Shown here: positions 38,346 to 52,290 of the stretch, piece after piece
Layout: every line of letters starts with the position of its first letter
Position numbering within the stretch: the stretch's first letter is position 1
Origin: Callorhinchus milii
Lineage: Eukaryota
Assembly (NCBI RefSeq): GCF_018977255.1
Contig: NW_024704743.1
Location: 4,652,001 to 4,716,000, forward strand
Length of the DNA stretch: 64,000 nt
Reading direction: 5' to 3'
The notes under the pieces: model-generated
What the model was told of the DNA's origin: nothing
What the model saw: only the letters and a program-made list of their open reading frames with translations
Databases searched by the model: none
Position numbers and translations under genes: made by a program

Positions 38346-41339
38346 TCTTTGATAAGGTCTGCCGTTTCTCTGGTGTTATTTTTTCGTACGCTTTGGCAAA
38401 GAGCATTTTGCAAAGGTTGGCTCTGACGCAAGGACCCCATTGACTACTGAGTTTCCATTTGGAACTTACAGAAAATGCACACGGTTTGCAGTACCCAGCA
38501 ACGCTGAGTGAGTGTCAGGGGTGTTGGGACGACGGGTGGGGGGGTCGAGAGTGGGGGGTGTGGGGTGTGGGGCGAGAGGAGAAGCTCACTGAGCTCCGAA
38601 TGGGGAACTAATTGAAAGAGTTGAAACTGATGTGCAATCGAATGTTGAGCTGATGCATGTACCCTCAGTGCAGTGTTGCAGTCGGGTTGTTGGTGGATAA
38701 ACACCAATGTAGGCAATACTTTTTGTTGGCATCGTTCACAAAATAATTCATGATTCGTAATATTTATATTATAGCATTTAAGGCCACTATACCAAATGTA
38801 AGGATTGTTATCGTTGTTATTTTCTGCGTGTCGCGATTATAGCCTTGTATCTGAAGTGTATTTGTTTTAAAAAAAAGACTTGTGGCTTCTGGCAAAGGCA
38901 AAGTATTGAACAAATTTCATTCTCCCAAACCGGACAGACAGCTTCGTTCAGATTCAATGAAAGAAAGCCAATAGTTGTTTTACTCCCCCACCCCCACCGG
39001 TTTGTTTTGTGCAAGTTTATCGAACCTGAAGATTTTTCTGCAGGTGGAGCGTTCACCAACTAATTGGACTTCCTTTCCTGTTGAACGCAACAATAAGTTT
39101 GTGTCGTGAGACGACACTGAATATTTGGAATAGAAATTGTGTTTCGGCAACAGGATTAATGTTCTCGGTGGAGAAGTGTGTGTGTGTGTGTGTGTTTGCG
39201 CGTGCGGGGTGGGGGGGGTTTGGGGGTGAATTGCTCCAGTAGATGGTACAGTAATGCTATTAGGCAATTGCTGTTGAAACAATGTGACCTGCTGGCATCC
39301 CAGGTTCACATCGCTCCAAGCTTGTGAGACTTTATGTGGCCACTGCTGCCAATATTGACTGCGTTTAAATCCCTTCATGCCCTGGCACCTCCCTTACCTC
39401 TCATATCTGTTTACCCTCCGATCCCACAACCCGCTGCCTCCGCTCGACTGGCTCCGGCCTCCTGCACGTCTCCCGTGCCCTCCGTTCCACCGTGGGGGGG
39501 CCGCGCTTTCAGCCACTACGTCCCGAAACTCTGGCGTCAGGTTGGCGTCAAGGGGAGATTAACGGCAAATCTGAGAGCAAAGACGCGTTGAGCGGCCCGA
39601 CGAGATCGGGTATCGCGGTCACCTGGGCAGTCTCACTACCAGAGCGCCGTGTTACCTAAGGGAACAGGGGAAACGACGCAACACACTTAAAAAAAAAGTA
39701 ATAAAAAAAGTCTCCTTTTATTAAAGTTAGATCCTAAATGATTTAGTGTCTCGCAGGCAATGCAAAGCATTATAGTGGACGTATCTGCCTCGATCGATGT
39801 CATTGATTAACAGGTAGATGCTGATCCAGAGAAGCAATGGGATGTGTACATGCCACCCTAAAATCAGTCGGAACAGAGACCACTGTATAAACGTGGGAAC
39901 CATTGAGCCTATTAAACCCGCTTCACTATTTTTATTAGGACACGGCAGATCTTTTAATCTCTTTTCCTACAGTTTCTCCGTATCCCTTCAGACCGTCACA
40001 TCGCAAATATCGATCGTTCTCCCTCTTAAAATCCCAATCAATGCCACATCTATGGCCTTCTGATTCAATGGCACTCAACTAAAATGTAACGATTATTAGT
40101 GTATCCCATCTTCTCACAGCCCTGAGAGAACACCTAAGTGTACAACTATTTATTGGCGTGACTGGTTCCTTTACCGGCATTAAATGCGTCTGTTCCGCCT
40201 ATGGATCACCTCAGAGCAGTTGTGCTTATTTTTTGTCCCAAAGGCTTTGAAACTCTTTTGTGATCTGCCGCACAAGACAGTTCTATCTCTGCATCCGATG
40301 CGTTGACTTGTTTTCTGCATGTAAACGGTGTTAAATCATTGGCGATAGTGCAGGATGCCTTCGACGCTCCTTCAAACCTCTCAGCTGAGTTCTGACCAGT
40401 TGTATAGCGCCCTTCACATGAGGTAGAGTCCCGGAGCGGTTGGCAGCGGGCGCGCTTTCAGCCACTACGCTTCGAAACTCCGTAACACAGTTCCCCTATC
40501 CCTCCGCCTTGCTCCTTCCTTCCCCATCTTCAGGTCCTGCCTGAAGACCTTCCTCTTTGACCGTGCCTAGGGTCAACCTATCCCCCACCCCCCCCCACCC
40601 ACCCCGACTCGCCATTGTACTCCGCGACTGGCGAGCTCTCTGGGACGCTAGCCAGCGTGAGAGGCGCCGTGTCGATGCAAGCTGTTGTCATGTGGAAAAT
40701 ATATGGTGGAATCGTGGGTTCCATACTTGCGTTAGATTGCTCTCGCCAGTTCTTCCCTCTTCCCTTGCTTCCTCCCTCACAACCTTTTTCCAAGCAACCG
40801 ATTCGAGTTAGATAAAATACGCTGTTGGTGTAATTCTCCTCTCCTACCTTACTTCCTGCGCACAAGGAGATGCCACAACTCCACTTGGTGTTTGTACGGG
40901 AAGGGGGTGGGGGGGCGTGGGGGAAACTAAACTTAGCTGAAATCGACTGTGTACTTGCTCCTGTTTTTGGCAGTTTCATCAACACCCCACCGTGTTTCTC
41001 ACTTCCTTCCTTTGCGTGAGCTTCTCTTCGGGGTCTTGAATAAATTGTGAGTCGGGACCCAGGGATTTCAGTCGAAAATAGAACTGCTTAGTTTCCATGT
41101 GAAGTGTATAATTCATGAGCGGTCGTGAGTGCATCTGGTGCAGGCGGGCGAGGGGAAGAGCATCAGTCTCCCCCTCGCTGTCTCTATCCCATTTAGTGTT
41201 CACGTCTGGTCTTATTGGCCCAGCGATCCGAAACAGGGCAAAAATGATAGAAAAATTTACAACTTAGCTATCAGTTGTCGTCCAATTAGTTTCTAATTTT
41301 CTTGCCATTGGCACGCACGTCTTCTCCTGTTGACCTCCT

Positions 41340-41630
41340 CTGGCTGCCTGCCCTCTGCCACCCTCGCCCAAGTGGCCATTGTTCACGTGTGAGCCTTGGC
41401 AGTGAGTGTTGGCAGACCATTTGACTGTAGAGGAAGTCTGACCACCTCCTCCCCCCCCAACCCCCGTTGCCACACTATCGCTAGCGGATGCCGCAGAGGG
41501 ATGTGGATCAGTACACCCGGCTGGTATTAACCTCCCTTACCCTGGGAAGGCTGGGGCTAATTAGCTCCCGATGATCGAGACCAGGAAATTCAGCGCAGAC
41601 CAGGGTTCGAACCAGGGAGCTCCTGAACTA
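41340..41630 (-). mobile_element. AmnSINE2-like ancient SINE
   Basis: Reverse complement includes ggttcgaaccctggtctgcgctgaa and ctgccaacactcactgccaaggctcacacgtgaacaatggccacttgggcgagg, close to the recalled AmnSINE2 consensus. Confidence 0.65.
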
Positions 41631-42184
41631 AAATCTGCATCTCTTTATCCACTATATTGCTGTTTGTGGGACGCTGCTGTACACGATTGGCTGTCACGTT
41701 TCGCCCCTAAAATATACAATCAATTCACTTTACAGTATGTTCTGTGAAGCGCTTTGAGACGTCTCAAAGACGTGATAAGGCGCTGTGTCAAATGCAAGGA
41801 TTATTATTATTATTATATTATCAGGGATACCCCACACCCATCCTTCTTGAGTCAAGCTCAGTTCTAACAAATGAGTTTGACTCAAAATTTCTGGCTTTAG
41901 TTGGATTCCTCTTTGACGAATCCGGCTACAAAAGACCCCAAAATAGACTCTTAAATGTGTAGAATTAATTGAAGTGTTTAAAAAAGGGTGGACAGTGAGA
42001 AGTTGGGGTGTTAAGTAACATGCACAAAGAACACACTATTGGGATTAACTATGCACAGTATTTTGATTTTTTAGGTCATGGATAGATATATACTTAGATT
42101 TGGGATTAAATACATAAATAATAATGCTTGCATTGGATATAGAATCTTTTCACGCCATCGGAACATCTCAATGCACTTCATGTG

Positions 42185-42580
42185 ATTTAATAATAATAAT
42201 CATCACCATCCTTACATTTGGTGAAGTACCTTATCCTGTCGTCGAGGTGTCTCAAATCGCTTCGCAGGATTTTTTTTTACTGTGACATGTAGTAACTGTG
42301 TATTTGTAGGCAAACGCGACAGCCAATTTGCACGTACCAATGTGCGACAAATGAAATTAGAGACCAATTTTATTTGGGGGATTGTTGGCTGGAAGATCCT
42401 TCTCTTGAATCATGCCATGAGATCCTTAACGTCGACCTGAACAGGCAGAAGGGACCTCAGTTCAATCTCTCATCCAAAGGACAGTACCTCCGACAATGCA
42501 GCACTTACCCAATACTACATCGGGGGGATCATTTTGACTGTGAACTCAAAGCCCTGACATGGGGATTGAACCCACAACCT
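42185..42580 (-). mobile_element. Deu-domain SINE
   Basis: gccatgagatccttaacgtcgacctgaacaggcag...cctccgacaatgcagcac...ttgaacccacaacct. Confidence 0.8.
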
Positions 42581-43164
42581 GCTGAGGAAATGGAAATGAT
42601 GATGATGATAATAATAATAATAATAATAATAAAGCTTCCATCTGAGTCCTGGATCATACTCAAGATACAGTGATCTAATAAAGTGCTGGACAAACCAAAT
42701 CATTTATTTATGTTTCTCCGGTGCTAAATGGCTTGTGGCTTCAAGGCTGTTGTGGGACATTGCCATGTGTGTATTGACTGCAGCGGTCACTACGCATGAT
42801 GGTAAAATCCCGTGAACCACTTTGAGACATTGTGGCGACGTGATGAAGTGTTATTTCATGTTCGAGGATTATCATATATTGAAAACAAACCTCTTGGGTC
42901 GCCTTCATATCACCATTTCTCCCCACCTTGCTTGTCGTTCTGCTATAAAGCGCTTTGAGAGCTTTTCCCAAGTGAAAGGCGCTATGTAAGTGTAAGTTAC
43001 GATTTTTTNAAAGTCTTTTAAAACTCGAGACTTAACAGGCAGGGCTGCAACTTTGATTTCAAGGCGATCTCTCCGCTTGAGCTATCAATGGAATGTCCCG
43101 CATCATTAGAAATCCAATAATGTAGAGTGCTTGGCTATTAAAATAGACTTTAAGTACCTCGAAG

Positions 43165-43440
43165 CACTTTACAAGATTTTACCACAAAGTGTAATGACTG
43201 GGTATTTGGGGGCAATTTGCACACAGCGTTGTCCGTCAAACAGACATGAAGTGAGTAACCAATTTTGTTGGTCAGGACAACTGGGAGAAACTCCCTTCTG
43301 TTTTCAAACAGGACCATGGGATCTTTGAGGTCTACTTGGACAGCCTAACAGGATTTCGGTTCAGGGTCTCATGTAAAGCCAGCACCTCCGACAATGCAGC
43401 ACGCCCCCAACACCGCACTGGAGTGTCAGCATAGACTAGG
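43165..43440 (-). mobile_element. Deu-domain SINE fragment
   Basis: ggagaaactcccttc...ccatgggatcttt...cacctccgacaatgcagcac...ggagtgtcagc. Confidence 0.75.
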
Positions 43441-45759
43441 TTGTCGAATCATAAAATGTTACAGCACGGAAACAGGCCATTTGTGTCCATATTAGCCACC
43501 TAATCTAATGCCAAAAACCTACATGTTCCCCATTCCTTTAATATTCCTGTTTTCGTAGTATCTTATCTAATTTCCTTTTTCGTGGAAAATGATTCATGTC
43601 TCAATCACAGTTTGAGGTAGAGAATGCCAGATTCCAAACATTTTTATTGCCCACCGCATAAAAATAAGAATAAGTTCTCACCTTCCTTTTAATTCCTTAT
43701 CTGATCATCTTCAATTTATATGCTCTCACTCATCAGTAGAAATAATCTATTATTATTATTTATCTTTTCAAAACCATTCGTGTTCTCAAAGGGCTTTTTC
43801 AGATCACCCCTTAAGAAATCCTTAGGAAATGCCCTGAATGTTACAGCTGTCAAATCAAGTTTGTTTTTTTTAAAAAAAACTATGGCATAAAACCAACTAC
43901 AGCATCATCTTGGATTTATAATAATAAAATAATAATAATCCTTGCATTTGATATAGCGCCTGATCGCGACATTGAGATCAAAGTGCTTCACAGAATACAT
44001 TGTAAAGTGGATTAACTGTACATTTTGTGGGCAAAATGCCAGCAGCCAATTGCGCACAGCAGTTTCCCACAAACAGTCATGGATTAAGTGATATAGTGCC
44101 TTGCACGCAGGGTAGTATCTTGGAGTGCTTAAAACTATTAAAACAACTACTTTGCCTCCAAAATATACAGAGAAATCACTTTACAGTATGTTCTGCGAAG
44201 CATTTTGAGATGTCTCAAAGACATGAAAAGGCGCTATATCAAATGCAAGGATTCTTCTTCTTATTATTATTAATATCTGTACAAAACTACTCTGGAGCAG
44301 GTACTGCTTATGTCTCTTCAGACCAACACAGCACTAGCTTCAGGGTCAATATGTGAGCGCATTTAGTAAAGCAATGTGACACCAGCATCTGTGGCTGCTT
44401 TAATCAGCCAGAACGTTGAGTGCAGAAACCAAACGTTGACAATGAACTGTTCAGAGAAGTTATTGTTCAACATCTAATGCCTTCTGTACTTTGCGCTGTA
44501 GCACTACAACAGGAATTCAACTGGAGTGAACTGAGCCCTGAGGGGAGAAATTATGAAGGGAGACAGTCTGTAAATTTGGCCATATTGTCTTTATCTCTTG
44601 GTCAGTTGGATGCCCGACAAATTCAGAAACCCGTCATCCTTCTTAAGAATATATGAACCAAACTGAGAGTTCCACATACGAATGCTCCCTCTACATGGAA
44701 CTTTCCTAGTGGCTGGTATCTCTCCCTGGAGCAACGAACCCTGCTTTAGCTAATCCTGGAGAATATTGGGTGCAATTCGGCAAGAGCTAAGGAATGGGGG
44801 AGCACACAGCGTGCGTTTTGGGGTGCGGCTGGAATGTAAACAACCAAAACCACACAGCGTGCCTTTGGGAGGACTGTCTGGCAAGCTTCTCGCTAACAAG
44901 CGCTCCAGGACGCTACCCATCCTGAAGGGCGCTACGTAAATGAAGGTTGTCGTGTTGTTGTCCAGCAAAGACTACCCAACTTGGTAGGAATTTGGATTGG
45001 CGGGTTAGCAAGAGGCGAGAGGGAAGAATCTCTGCATTAGTTTGCATTCGCCCACAAAATGTACATGGTCATACCGCTTTACAGTAAATAATGTGAAACT
45101 CTTTGAGGCAACAACAACCACAACAACAAATTACATTACATTACAAATTACATTGCCTTCCAGGTCAGGAGGACATCCCCAGATGCCTCAATGCTGTGGT
45201 AAGGGGCTATATTAAATGCGGGAATGAATATAATCCGCCCTTCCAAGTCTTGCCAATGAGCCAGGCCGGCTGGTCAGGTGTCGTCCTTCGGATGAGACGT
45301 CAAACCGACTCCTGTCTGCCTGTTCAAGTGGACAGAAAAAATTTCACGGCACAATTCAAAAAGAGAATCGGTGTCCTGGCCAATAAATCCCACGAGTAAA
45401 ATTGGTCACTCGCTCCATGGCTGTTTATGGAACATTGGTGTGTGCAAATTGGCTTCCACGTTCGTGCACAAATATACAGTCACTACACTTCGCAAAGACA
45501 AATCCTGTGAATCGCTTTGAGGTATCTCGATGCCTTGATCAAATGGAAGGATTGTATCAATGGCAGACGATAGCGAGCTAACAGTAGCGGAAGTAGGGAA
45601 AGGTGCCAGACTCCTGTGGTATGAACTTTCAGAGCTGTCAGAATTTGCGGCGTAGTCCCTTCCTGGAGTGAACTGAGTCCCTTCTGAAGTCTGAAATATC
45701 TCATTATCTCACCCTTAACAACCGGGTCTTAAAAATGTCTAAAATTCTTAAATTCAGTC

Positions 45760-45975
45760 TTAGTTTTGCAGGAATGTTCCACTCAGCTGGATCCATCCAC
45801 ACCTTCAAGAGTGAGGTTGCTAGATTTTTGGTAGTTCAGGGTATTAAGGGATATGGGGAGAAAGCGGGAAATCGGAATTGAAAGGATTAGTTGAGGTCCA
45901 GATCAGCCGCGATCTAATTAAATGGAGGAACAGGCTCAAAGGGCTGAATGGCCTCCTCCTGTTCCTATGTTCCTA
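45760..45975 (+). mobile_element. CR1-type LINE 3' end
   Basis: ttaagggatatggggagaaagcggg...gatcagccgcgatcta...gggctgaatggcctcctcctgttcctatgttccta. Confidence 0.8.
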
Positions 45976-46241
45976 CTCCAAAATTGCATTTTACAGTGAA
46001 TCATGTGAAGCACTTTGAGACGTCCTCCAAAGGTAAAAGGAGCTATATCAAAAAGCGAGGATTATTATTATTAATAATAACAATAATTATTACTAATAAC
46101 AGTCACTGCACTTTACAGTAGATCTTGTGAAGTGATATGAGACACACTCCCGAAGCGAAAGGCTCTGTATTAAAATGCAACGATTATTATTCATTATTAA
46201 GACATTTTTCCTTTTTTTAATGTATAAGAATTGTGTAAAAC

Positions 46242-46608
46242 ATAATAATAATAATACTAATATCCTTGCATTTGATATAGCACCTTATCACATCTTCGAT
46301 ACATCTCAAAGCGCTTCACACAATATACTGCAAAGTATATTTTTGTGGGCAAAATGCGGCAGCCAATTGCGCACAGCAGCGTCCCACAAACAGTCATGGA
46401 TTGAAGTGACCAATTTATTATTATTTTTTTGAAGGAATTATTACCCCCAGAAAAGCGATCCGCCAATCGACTAACATCTGGGTTCCTACTTACTGCTGGG
46501 TAACCAGAGGCGTGTGGAAATGTGCCCAACATTTTGCGCTGCCGGGAATCGAACCCAAGTCTCCCACTTGCGAGACAAGTGCTCTAACCACTGAGCTACA
46601 AGACTCCA
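46242..46608 (-). mobile_element. tRNA-Ala SINE, long subtype
   Basis: Tail through aagtgctctaaccactgagctacaagactcc. Confidence 0.9.
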
Positions 46609-46954
46609 CATGATTCCAAATTTAGACTCTTCTGAAATTCTGCACGATCTAAAATCTTTAGACGATAGTGCTCAGGCTGTATCCGTAAGGGATCTTAGCC
46701 TCTTAACTTTCCCACAGCAAAGCGCTGTTTATTCCGTGAGCGCTATAATATTTCTCGAAGGAATTATTACCCCCGGAAAAGCCATATTATTGCAATATTC
46801 CTCACCCATCTTGATAAATAAGTAATAATAATAATGTTAATAATAATCGTTGCATTTGATATAGCGCCTGTAAAGTGGATTAACTGTGTCCAGTGCCTTG
46901 GGACGTCCTCCGGATGTGAAAGGCGCTTTACAAATGCAATTTGTTGCCCTTGTG

Positions 46955-47372
46955 TATTTTGTGGGTGAAACGTGGATTGAGTGACCAAATTATTTTTTTT
47001 TCACGTCTCTATTTGTCATCCGTGAAATATATGACAAACGTATACTTTCCATGTATCTGTCTCCGCCTTTTAACATCCCAAAGGATTCTGTCTGCCCCCA
47101 GCACACTTCTGAGGCAGTCCTCAACACTCTGCGTGAAGAAACGTTGGTCAAAACTTGCACGGACATTTTGGTTATCTCAACCACATTTTTTTTNGTAGAG
47201 GGATTATTACCCCCGGAAATCGATCCGCCAATCAATTAGCAACCAGGTTCCTATTTACTGCTAGGTAAACAGAGTAAGGAAACTTGCCTAAGATTTTGCC
47301 CCACCCGGGAATCGAACCCGGGTCCTCTCTCCTTGCGAAGCGAGTGCAATCATCACTACGCTCCAGGACTCC
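46955..47372 (-). mobile_element. tRNA-Ala SINE interrupted by about 180 nt of CR1-like sequence inside its T-run linker
   Basis: SINE pieces on both sides of 47002-47185; the insert contains caacactctgcgtgaagaa (antisense CR1 FFTQ.V motif). Confidence 0.7.
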
Positions 47373-47934
47373 ATGATTTATTTAATTCAATATTCAATAT
47401 CTTTAAAAAGGGTTTATTTCGGTATTCTGCGACCATCTTGATAAATTGCATTTAAAATATCACCCGCAGAATTGAATGATGCAAAAAAAAAACAAGAGAC
47501 ATCTTTTGACAACATACAAAGCCATAGACTGAATGGTGATGCATTTTTTGGTGCAATGGACATGTCTGGAAGTCATTATCGGTTAAAAAAAAAGAGAGGA
47601 ACAGATGGCATAATTTTAGTGTTGTCTTTTATAAAGTTTTTTTGTTAAAATAAAACCTGAAAGAATCTCAGCTACCCCGAGTTAATTTGAATCGCAGCGA
47701 AATCTATCCAACCAAGATACGCTTGCGAATGTTCGAAGCATCGCAGCGTTGAAAAAAAAAGTTAACACGGATATTAAGGTCAGACCTCGAAACAATTCTG
47801 TGCTTTCCAGAAACATTTCATTTCAATAATAATGAGCTCAGGGCAAAGGAGCAGCTGTGGAATATTGGATTCCTGATTAGCAGGTTAGAATCTCAGCCTT
47901 GCCTGATGGTTATAAAAGCAGCTTCCTAAATCAT

Positions 47935-48308
47935 GGAGTCCGGTAGCGTAGTGGTTAGCACACTCGCCTCGCAAGCGAGAGGACCTGAGTTCAATTCCAA
48001 GGAAGGGTCGACACCTTAGGCAAGTCTCCCTACGCCACACGCCTTTGTTTACCCAGCAGTAAGTAGGAACCCGCTTGTTAGTCGATTGGCGGATCGCTTT
48101 CTGGGAGTCATAACCCCTCCAGAAAATAAACAAATGATAATTTGGTCACTCAATCCACGACTGTTTGTGGGAGGGACATTGCTGTGTTCCTTTAGGCTGC
48201 CGTGTTTCGTCCACAAAATACACAGTCAATTCACTTTACAGTGTATTCTGTGAAGGGCTTTGAGACGTCTCGAAGTCGTGATAAGACGCTATACCAAATG
48301 CAAGGATT
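47935..48308 (+). mobile_element. tRNA-Ala SINE, long subtype, full length
   Basis: ggagtccggtagcgtagtggttagcacactcgcctcgcaagcgag through gcaaggatt; followed by an antisense L2 piece (48310-48505). Confidence 0.92.
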
Positions 48309-51300
48309 CGGGGCACGGTGGCTGAAATAGCGGCCACCGATGGTGGGAAGGAGGACACGAGGAACAAGCAGGAGGCCGGAGCCAGTCGAGCAGAGGCAAT
48401 GGGTAGTAGGTTGGGGAGTAAACTGGACAGGTTGGAGTGGTAGCGAGGTGTCAGGGCATGAAGGGATTTAAAGACGAGTGAGGATCTTGAAATCGGTTGT
48501 TGTGGCATCAGTGAGTGCTGCTGTACGCACCAAACAGGGATGAGGAACTAAACAGTTGGACTTTAAGGATACAGCCCATTTTGGGACTTTGAACTCACGA
48601 GCTTGGCTGACACTCCAATGCAGCCCTGGGGGTGGTCTGGGTTTCCGGAGGTGCCATCTTTCGAGTGAGCTGTGAAACCAAGAGTTCTCACCCGCCTGTT
48701 TAGGTGGACTCTATGGCGTTATTCAAAAAGAGAAGGGAGTTTCTCCTGGTGTCCTCAGCAACAATTCTCTGGATAAAATTGGTCGTTCACCTCACGGCTG
48801 TTTGTGACACCTCACTGGTTGCTGCGTTCACCTATAAAAACGGTCCCTACGGTTTGACAGTCATTTACGTTGAAGTACTTTGAGGCATTTTGACGTTAAA
48901 GATGCTATTAAATTTCACCCCGGCTCAATAAAATAATACGACAGAGGAATACTTGCATCCATTACGAAACCATTTCCAGAGGACTTTCGTCCACTCAGGG
49001 GCACGGTTAAATTACCCGGGAAATAAGCTGGGAGAAAACACTCTCAAAGAAATGCAAAAATGTTTTATTAAATTGGGTACAAAAGGAAGTGAAAAACGAA
49101 ATCACACTCCCACGCTTAAGACCTGAAAACTCTGACTTCTCGCTCACTTCAGTTTCAAAGTTGTGGAGTTGTTTTTGATCAAGTGTTTGATGTAATTTGC
49201 TTCCCGTGAACTGTTAGATGTCAGTCCTAACTAATAACGCTTTAAAAATTGCTATCGAGCCCTTCTAACGCCTTGGCAAGATGGACTAGATTTGTCACCT
49301 CACATCACTGCTCGAAGCAGATGCAGCAAAATTCAGCGTTATTCAGATATTAAACAAAACCTGAAGCAACAATTCACTTGATGAAATTATGGGGCAAAAT
49401 ATGTGGCACGTCTTAAGCCGAAACAGTGCTCGTGTGTTTCTTTACTCAATGGAGTTGTTCCTTAATCAACGCTGTAACAGTTTCTGGTGCCCTCTGTAAC
49501 CGCTGCTCCTGATCAACTGGCCACTGGCTAGTGGTGGGAGGGGGCAAAACATAAGAAGCTGATGTTAACAAAGTTGTTTTCTTGATGTTGGGGCATAACG
49601 TGGGAAGGGAATTGCCTACTGATGTGGGGGCTTGGCGTGTAGGATTCTCTGGCGTTCAAATGTCCTCTTTCAAACCAATAACAACGGATAATAATCCTGC
49701 TTGCAATTGGTAGGTACGGCGCCTTTCACGGCAGGAGGATGGCTCAGAACTGTGCGTTTCGTGGGGAACGGGAATGAAATAGACACTCGAAAAGAAAGCT
49801 AAAGGGTGCAGGGGAGCGAGAGGGGGAGCATTTGCTTTGTGCTGGTTCGGCTAGACTTTAGCCTCATACGCTGTGAAGTGCTTTGAAGCATCCTCCTGAC
49901 ACGAAGGGCGCTATATCAAACGTGAGGGTTTGTTTGTTTATTTATTAGACTGCGCCGGGCGGCCCACGGGGAAGGTAAACGCCAGCATAGACTCGCTGGG
50001 CTGATTGGCCTGTTTCTGTGCCGTAACTTTCTGTCGTTCTGTGAACAAGCAAGGCTCTTACAGGGAACTTGTCTTGTGCTTTGCTTTAGCTCCAATTTAC
50101 AGTAGACCTAACCCAATGTACATGGAGGACAAGTTGGACTTCAGGCATGAGAAAGACTTCGCTGAAAGTAGGTATCCGAATGCATCTGTCCTGTGAAAGG
50201 AGAGCTATTATCTTTGTATTACTCTCAACTGATTCTCTTGGGAGGAGTGATTGATTGCCTTTATTTAATGCCTCGCAGATCGCAGAAAGTAACTCTTATC
50301 AAAACCTCAAAGAGAAGCCTTGGTTATGACCCATTTTGTCGATGTGAGCATTTGCTTAGTTGCATTTGGAAAAGGCAGGCATTTCAAAAGGACGCATCTC
50401 CCAAGATTATGCAGTGGAATAATATGAATCAAGCTTCAATCTGCTTGACGGCTGCATCCGCAACAGTGCACTTGCGAATTATTAAGAATACCGTGCTATA
50501 TTTGCCCGTTTTCCTCAAATAATTCAGTAGTTTGTGAATTTAAGATGTGCTGGATTGTCGGGCGACTAATGAATGGTAACACCATTTGAATTCTGGAGAT
50601 GAACGGTAGAATGGAGATGAAACCGAAAGAGGCTTCGTTCAACGGAATAAGAGATTACCGCTCTCCCCTCCCTCCTCAGCCCCCACCGTTTCCCTTCCCG
50701 TTCCGTGTCCCATGCAGTACAAAATTGAGAACCTGCTTAAAGAGTAGCCCGGATTGACGAAGTCTGAACTTGCCCCATTCTACTCCACGACATAATGGGT
50801 CGGAGATTCAAAGCCGCTGAGGTCTGTCACGTGCCTTTCGTTAAACATTTTCCAATACGAAGATGAAACAACTGCAATCGCTCTTCTTAGTGATCAGGCC
50901 CCACTATGTCACCGTGTCACCAGGACGTACTGTCTTCTTTCACTTGCGGTATGCAACCGAAGTCAATGGACGTAAGTCTTTCAAGTGATGTCGACAAATG
51001 TACACTTCTCTCACTCTGGTTAAATCCTGCACTGCCTTCCAGTTAACGCCTCCAGTGTTAAAAAGTATTCATTGTAATAACACTTCATGAGAAGGTTAAA
51101 ATAGCATGGAACGAGAGCCCAATTTGACTCGAAGTCTATTATCCACAAACGTGTTTAATCCACTTCCATTTAACCTTAGAAAAGGGTTCAGGAAAGTTCC
51201 TAACAACCCCTCTTCCCCCAGGCAAAGTAGCAAAGCTGCATAAAATCCATCGGACTTAATATCCTTTCTCAGCGTGACATTTCTTTGGTGTCGCGAGCTC

Positions 51301-51814
51301 AGGAACTGTCTGAGGTGGAACAAGTGCTCTTTAGGAACTTGAAGTATTTCACACCGACCCACGAGAACTCTGTACCAACCCGCCATCACCTCAGACTGAT
51401 TCTCACAAGTCGATGTGACTTGCTGGAGATGAACTGAAAGGCAATGGAAGTTATGTCCTGGGATGCTTTTGTGTTGCAAACTTTATACTACATTTTGCAG
51501 TTTTTTNCCCCCATTTAAGTCGTTTTTCGACCCCATTGTCTTCCACACAGCGTTATCTCGGTTACCTTTTGAGGGGGGTTTTCAGAAGGCAGATAGGAAG
51601 AAACTGTTTCCACTGGGTGGCAACCAGAGGATGTAAATTTAGGATTATTGCCCAAGAACATTAAAGGGAGAAGTTAGGTGATTTTCTTTTTATACACAGA
51701 GGATTGTTTGGACATGGAATGACCTACCAACAATAGTTGTTGAAGCGAAATCCAGATAATAGCTTTTACAGAGGAAATAGACAAATAATTGATTGGCTTG
51801 CAGGGAGAGCTGCT

Positions 51815-52290
51815 TAAACTCCGCACCTCCAACTGGTGGAACCATCGCTCAATGGGAAAGGCCGTGTATCCGAGCTGTGGACAAGAAGATGGTGGTAATG
51901 GTCTTACGCATTTCATGCTGAGTGTGTTGCCCTCCAGGATGCTCGCAGGGAGTTCCTGCTGCCTGTCGTCCACCTAAGTGAGGGTTCAAACCCGCGCTTC
52001 TCGGATGTCAAACGGCTAACAAGTGACTATCCTCCTGGGTGGGGAGGTAAGCAGAGTCTCCTTGGAGCTGAACTAGATCTCTGTGGCAGTCTCCATAGTC
52101 CAGGCGGGTCCACAGTACTCCAGGATGCTGCTGATGACAGCACAGTCCAGCCTGGCTCATCAACAGGATCGGGAAGGGCAGACCAGTCACTGGGAGCAGG
52201 GAATCCTCCCGCTCAACTCCTGTTAACCCTCCAAGCCAAAGCCCTAACAGATAGGGTGGTCCTAGCTGGACAAGCAGCGGGAAAGCTTGC
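51815..52290 (+). mobile_element. Unclassified dispersed repeat, copy D (extends furthest 5'; 5' boundary uncertain)
   Basis: ggtaagcagagtctccttggag...ccaggcgggtccacag...ctgctgatgacagcacagtccagcctggctcatcaacagg...gcagaccagtcactggg...ggacaagcagcgggaaagcttgcc. Confidence 0.75.

Noticed and set aside
52128..52166. CTGATGA motif suggesting a hammerhead in the unclassified repeat
   Set aside because: No GAAA follows a stem II, and the CTGATGA is itself base-paired in a hairpin.
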